From: Malacoraja senta
Lineage: Eukaryota
Assembly (NCBI GenBank): GCA_038087875.1
Contig: JAXLNO010000523.1
Coordinates: forward strand, 1 to 52,246
DNA length: 52,246 nucleotides
Direction: 5' to 3'
The stretch's first letter is position 1; the number at the start of each line of letters is the position of its first letter. The position numbers and the translations under genes were made by a program. This document shows, in pieces, positions 43,235-52,246 of this stretch. Below the pieces are notes generated by a model. It was not told the origin of the DNA and searched no databases. It saw nothing but the letters and a program-made list of their open reading frames with translations.

Positions 43235-43474
43235 AGAGCCTGTCCCACTTGGCGATTTTTTTTTCGCCGACTGCCGGCGTCATATCAGTGTTGCCAGAAG
43301 ATTTTGAACATTTCAAAATCCAGCGGTGACTAAAGAAATGTTACAACACTTGAAAAAACAGCGAGCGTCAATATCTCATCAGGCTGCGTGACGCCACAAA
43401 GATTTCAGTGACTTGACACATCAGTCAATGATGCCGGCAGTCGCTGAAAAAAATCGCCATGTGGGACAGGCCCT
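43235..43474. mobile_element. PIF/Harbinger-like MITE
   Basis: ~48-bp imperfect TIRs (AGAGCCTGTCCCACTTGGCGATTTT / AAAATCGCCATGTGGGACAGGCCCT) with TAA/TTA flanks. Confidence 0.85.
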
Positions 43475-43559
43475 TTACCACCAAGTACCTCTCGTGCTCT
43501 TGCCTTCCCACCCTCACCGCTACCCCCAGAATTGTCCTATCAGTTCAACTGTTCGCATC

Positions 43560-43836
43560 CCGTCTCGTTATCACCTCCATCCCCAGCCAACAATGGGCCA
43601 TTGTGGGCTCCACCCTTTCCTTAGGCTCACCTGTTCCCAGCCCTTCCTTGTTCTGGCCTTTCCCTACCTCCAGATCCCGCCACCCTACTTCCAATCTGAA
43701 GAAGGGGTTCCGACCCGAAATGTCACCCATCCTTTTGTCTCCAGAGATGGTCGAGTTCAAACGGGGGTCAGTGAGTTACTCCAACACTTTGTGCCTAGCT
43801 TCAGTATAAACCAGCATCTGCAGTTCCTTCCTACAC
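43560..43836 (+). mobile_element. Non-autonomous Penelope-derived element
   Basis: ctgaagaaggggttccgacccgaaatgtcacc and terminal ccagcatctgcagttccttcctacac. Confidence 0.7.
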
Positions 43837-43844
43837 AAGTAGCT

Positions 43845-44135
43845 GTCAATCTGCGCCTTAATAATACCCAATGATGTGGTCTCCACAGCCTGCGTCTGTG
43901 GCAATGAATTCCACAGATTCACCGCCCTCTGACGAAAGAAATTCCTCCTCATCTCCTTTCTAAAAGTACATCCTTTAATTCTGAGGCTGCGCCCTCTCAT
44001 TCTAGACTCTCCACCGCCACGCAGGCAGCATGTTCCAGGTACCCACCACCATCTGTGTAAAGTCAAGTCAAGTCAAGTCAAGTGAGTTTATTGTCATGTG
44101 TCCCTGGTAGGACAATGAAATTCTTGCTTTGCAAA
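43845..44135 (-). mobile_element. CR1 fragment followed by a Rex-type tail with (CAAGT)n
   Basis: FRKEMRRNFFRQRAVNLWNSLP; tttattgtc plus pentamer repeat. Confidence 0.7.
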
Positions 44136-44187
44136 TAAAAAACATCTCATTTAAAGTTTACCCTCTCACCTTCAAGCTATGGTCAGG

Positions 44188-44480
44188 CCGGTTACGGTGG
44201 CGCAGCGGTAGAGTTGCTGCCTTGCAGCGAATGCAGCGCCAGAGACCCGGGTTCGATCCCGACTACGGGTGCTGTCTGTACGGAGTTTGTACGTTCTCCC
44301 CGTGACCTGCGTCCGAGATCTTCCCACACTCCAAAGACGTGCAGGTTTGTAGGTTGGAAAGAATGTCCCTTGTGGGTGTGGGATAGTGTTAGTGTGTGGG
44401 GATCGCTGGTCGGCGCGGACCCGGTGGGCCGAAGGGCCTGTTTCCGCCATGTATCTCTAAACTGAACTAAGCTAAGCTAT
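44188..44480 (+). mobile_element. HE1-type tRNA-derived SINE (best-preserved copy; a degenerate copy follows at 44515-44900)
   Basis: A box TGGCGCAGCGG (44198-44208), B box GGTTCGATCCC (44250-44260), V-type central domain, CR1-like tail gggccgaagggcctgtttcc. Confidence 0.9.
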
Positions 44481-45029
44481 TTTCCCGCTAATCTTTGTCA
44501 TTTCAACCTTACGCTGCACAACAGTAGAGTCGCTGCCTCAACGGTGTCAGAGACTCGGGCAAGATCCTGACTATTGGTGCTGTCTGTACGGAGTTTGTAC
44601 GTTCCGTGTTGGTTTCCTCCGGGTGCTCCGGTTTCCACCCACATTCCAAAGATGTGATTCGCAGGTTACTTGGCTTATGTCAATTGTTGCTGGTGTGTCG
44701 AATTGAACTAGTGTACAGGAGGGGGGAGTGAAGAAGGGTCTCGACCCAAAATGTCAACCATGCCATCTCTCCAGAGATGCTGCCTGTCCCGCTGAGTTAC
44801 TCCAGCGTTTAGTGTCTATCTAGTGCTCGAGAAGCTGGTGGGCACAGGTTCGGTGAGCCGAAGGGCCTGTTTCCACGCTGTATTTCTGAACTAAACTCTG
44901 ACTAAGATTCAAACTGCCTATCCTATTTATGCACCTGGTAAATATAGAAACTTCCATAAGGTCTCTCCTCAACCTCCTGCACTGGACAGTAAACAATCCA
45001 AGTTTGTCCAAGGCCTGAAGAAGGGTCTC

Positions 45030-45910
45030 AATAGACAATAGACAATAGGTGCAGGAGTAGGCCATTCGGCCCTTCGAGCCACACCGCCATTCAATGTGAT
45101 CAGGGCTGATCATCCCCAATCAGTACCCCGTTCCTGCCTTCTCCCCATATCCCCTGACTCCGCTATCTTTAAGAGCCCTATCTAGCTCTCTCTTGAAAGC
45201 ATCCAGAGAACCTGCCTCCACCGCCCTCTGAGGCAGAGAATTCCACAAACTCACCACTCACTGTGAGAAAAAGTGTTTCCTCGTCTCCGTTCTAAATGGC
45301 TTACCCCTTATTCTTAAACTGTGGCGCCTGGTTCTGGACTCCCCCAACATCGGGAACATGTTTCCTGCCTCTAGCGTGTCCAAGCCCTTAACAACCTTAT
45401 ATGTTTCAATGAGATCCCCTCTCATCCTTCTAAACTCCAGAGTGTACAAGCCCAGCCGCTCCATTCTCTCAGCATATGACAGTCCCGCCATCCCGGGAAT
45501 TAACCTTGTAAACCTACGCTGCACTCCCTCAATAGCAAGAATGTCCACCCTCAAATTAGGGGACCAAAACTGCACACAATACTCCAGGTGTGGTCTCACT
45601 AGGGCCCTGTACAACTGCAGAAGGACTCGACCCGAAACGTCACCCATTCCTTCTCTCCAGACATGCTGCCTGTCCCGCTGAGTTACTCCAACACCTTGTG
45701 TTTATCGCTGGTTTGTCCAACCTCTCCCTGCTGCTAACGCCCTCCAATCCGGGCAGCATTCTGGTAACAGTGTTCTGCACCCTCTCCAAAGCCACCACAA
45801 CCTTCTTCACCAAAACTGCACGCAATACTCCAAATGCAGCCTAACTAAAGTCTTATAGAGCTGCATCATGACAACCTGACTCTTATACTCAATGCCCTGG
45901 CCAATGGTTA
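45030..45910 (-). mobile_element. CR1 fragments (45030-45620 and 45710-45910) with a Penelope module at 45625-45705 (+)
   Basis: [22 protein letters not shown]..., (TATTGTC)n tail. Confidence 0.85.
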
Positions 45911-46059
45911 GCATATCATTGTTTAAAACAACGGCCAAGAATCAATAGTGTTGTATTGTAATATGTCCCAGATACAACAATGAAATTGTTACCTGCAGCG
46001 GCAACAACAGAATATGTAAACATTGTAATAAATGAAAAACATGTTTTGTCTATATGTAT

Positions 46060-52246
<6,187 letters not shown>

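Noticed and set aside
44188..44270. tRNA gene
   Set aside because: A and B boxes are present but continue into the SINE body and recur in many decayed copies, so this is a SINE head.

Overview
Eukaryotic, repeat-saturated DNA. HE1-type tRNA-derived SINEs and HER1/CR1 LINEs point to a cartilaginous fish such as a skate or ray (inference). I cannot identify any complete host gene. The window holds the right half of a decayed DIRS1-like tyrosine-recombinase retrotransposon (1-2385: RNase H, methyltransferase-like and recombinase domains, plus a 77-bp terminal inverted repeat) and dozens of nested, 5'-truncated retroelements (CR1/HER1, L2, Rex1/Babar, Tx1, HERO-like, Penelope/Neptune). It also has HE1 SINEs, non-autonomous DNA transposons (hAT-like, PIF/Harbinger-like, and one with a 7-bp TSD), a near-identical 3,394-bp tandem duplication (27627-34414) and a 6.2-kb compound (CA)n array running off the right end. 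The most interesting signals are: (i) ~95-100-bp TSD-flanked Penelope-derived mini-insertions made of little more than a minimal hammerhead-ribozyme motif plus a short tail; (ii) two GC-rich ~1-kb non-coding retroposon families with different LINE tails that share a covarying hairpin; (iii) a few unique islands with splice signals that may be exons of a minus-strand host gene. Boundaries of decayed repeats are approximate (+/- tens of bp) unless a TSD or TIR is quoted. Family names come from motif recognition, not database searches.
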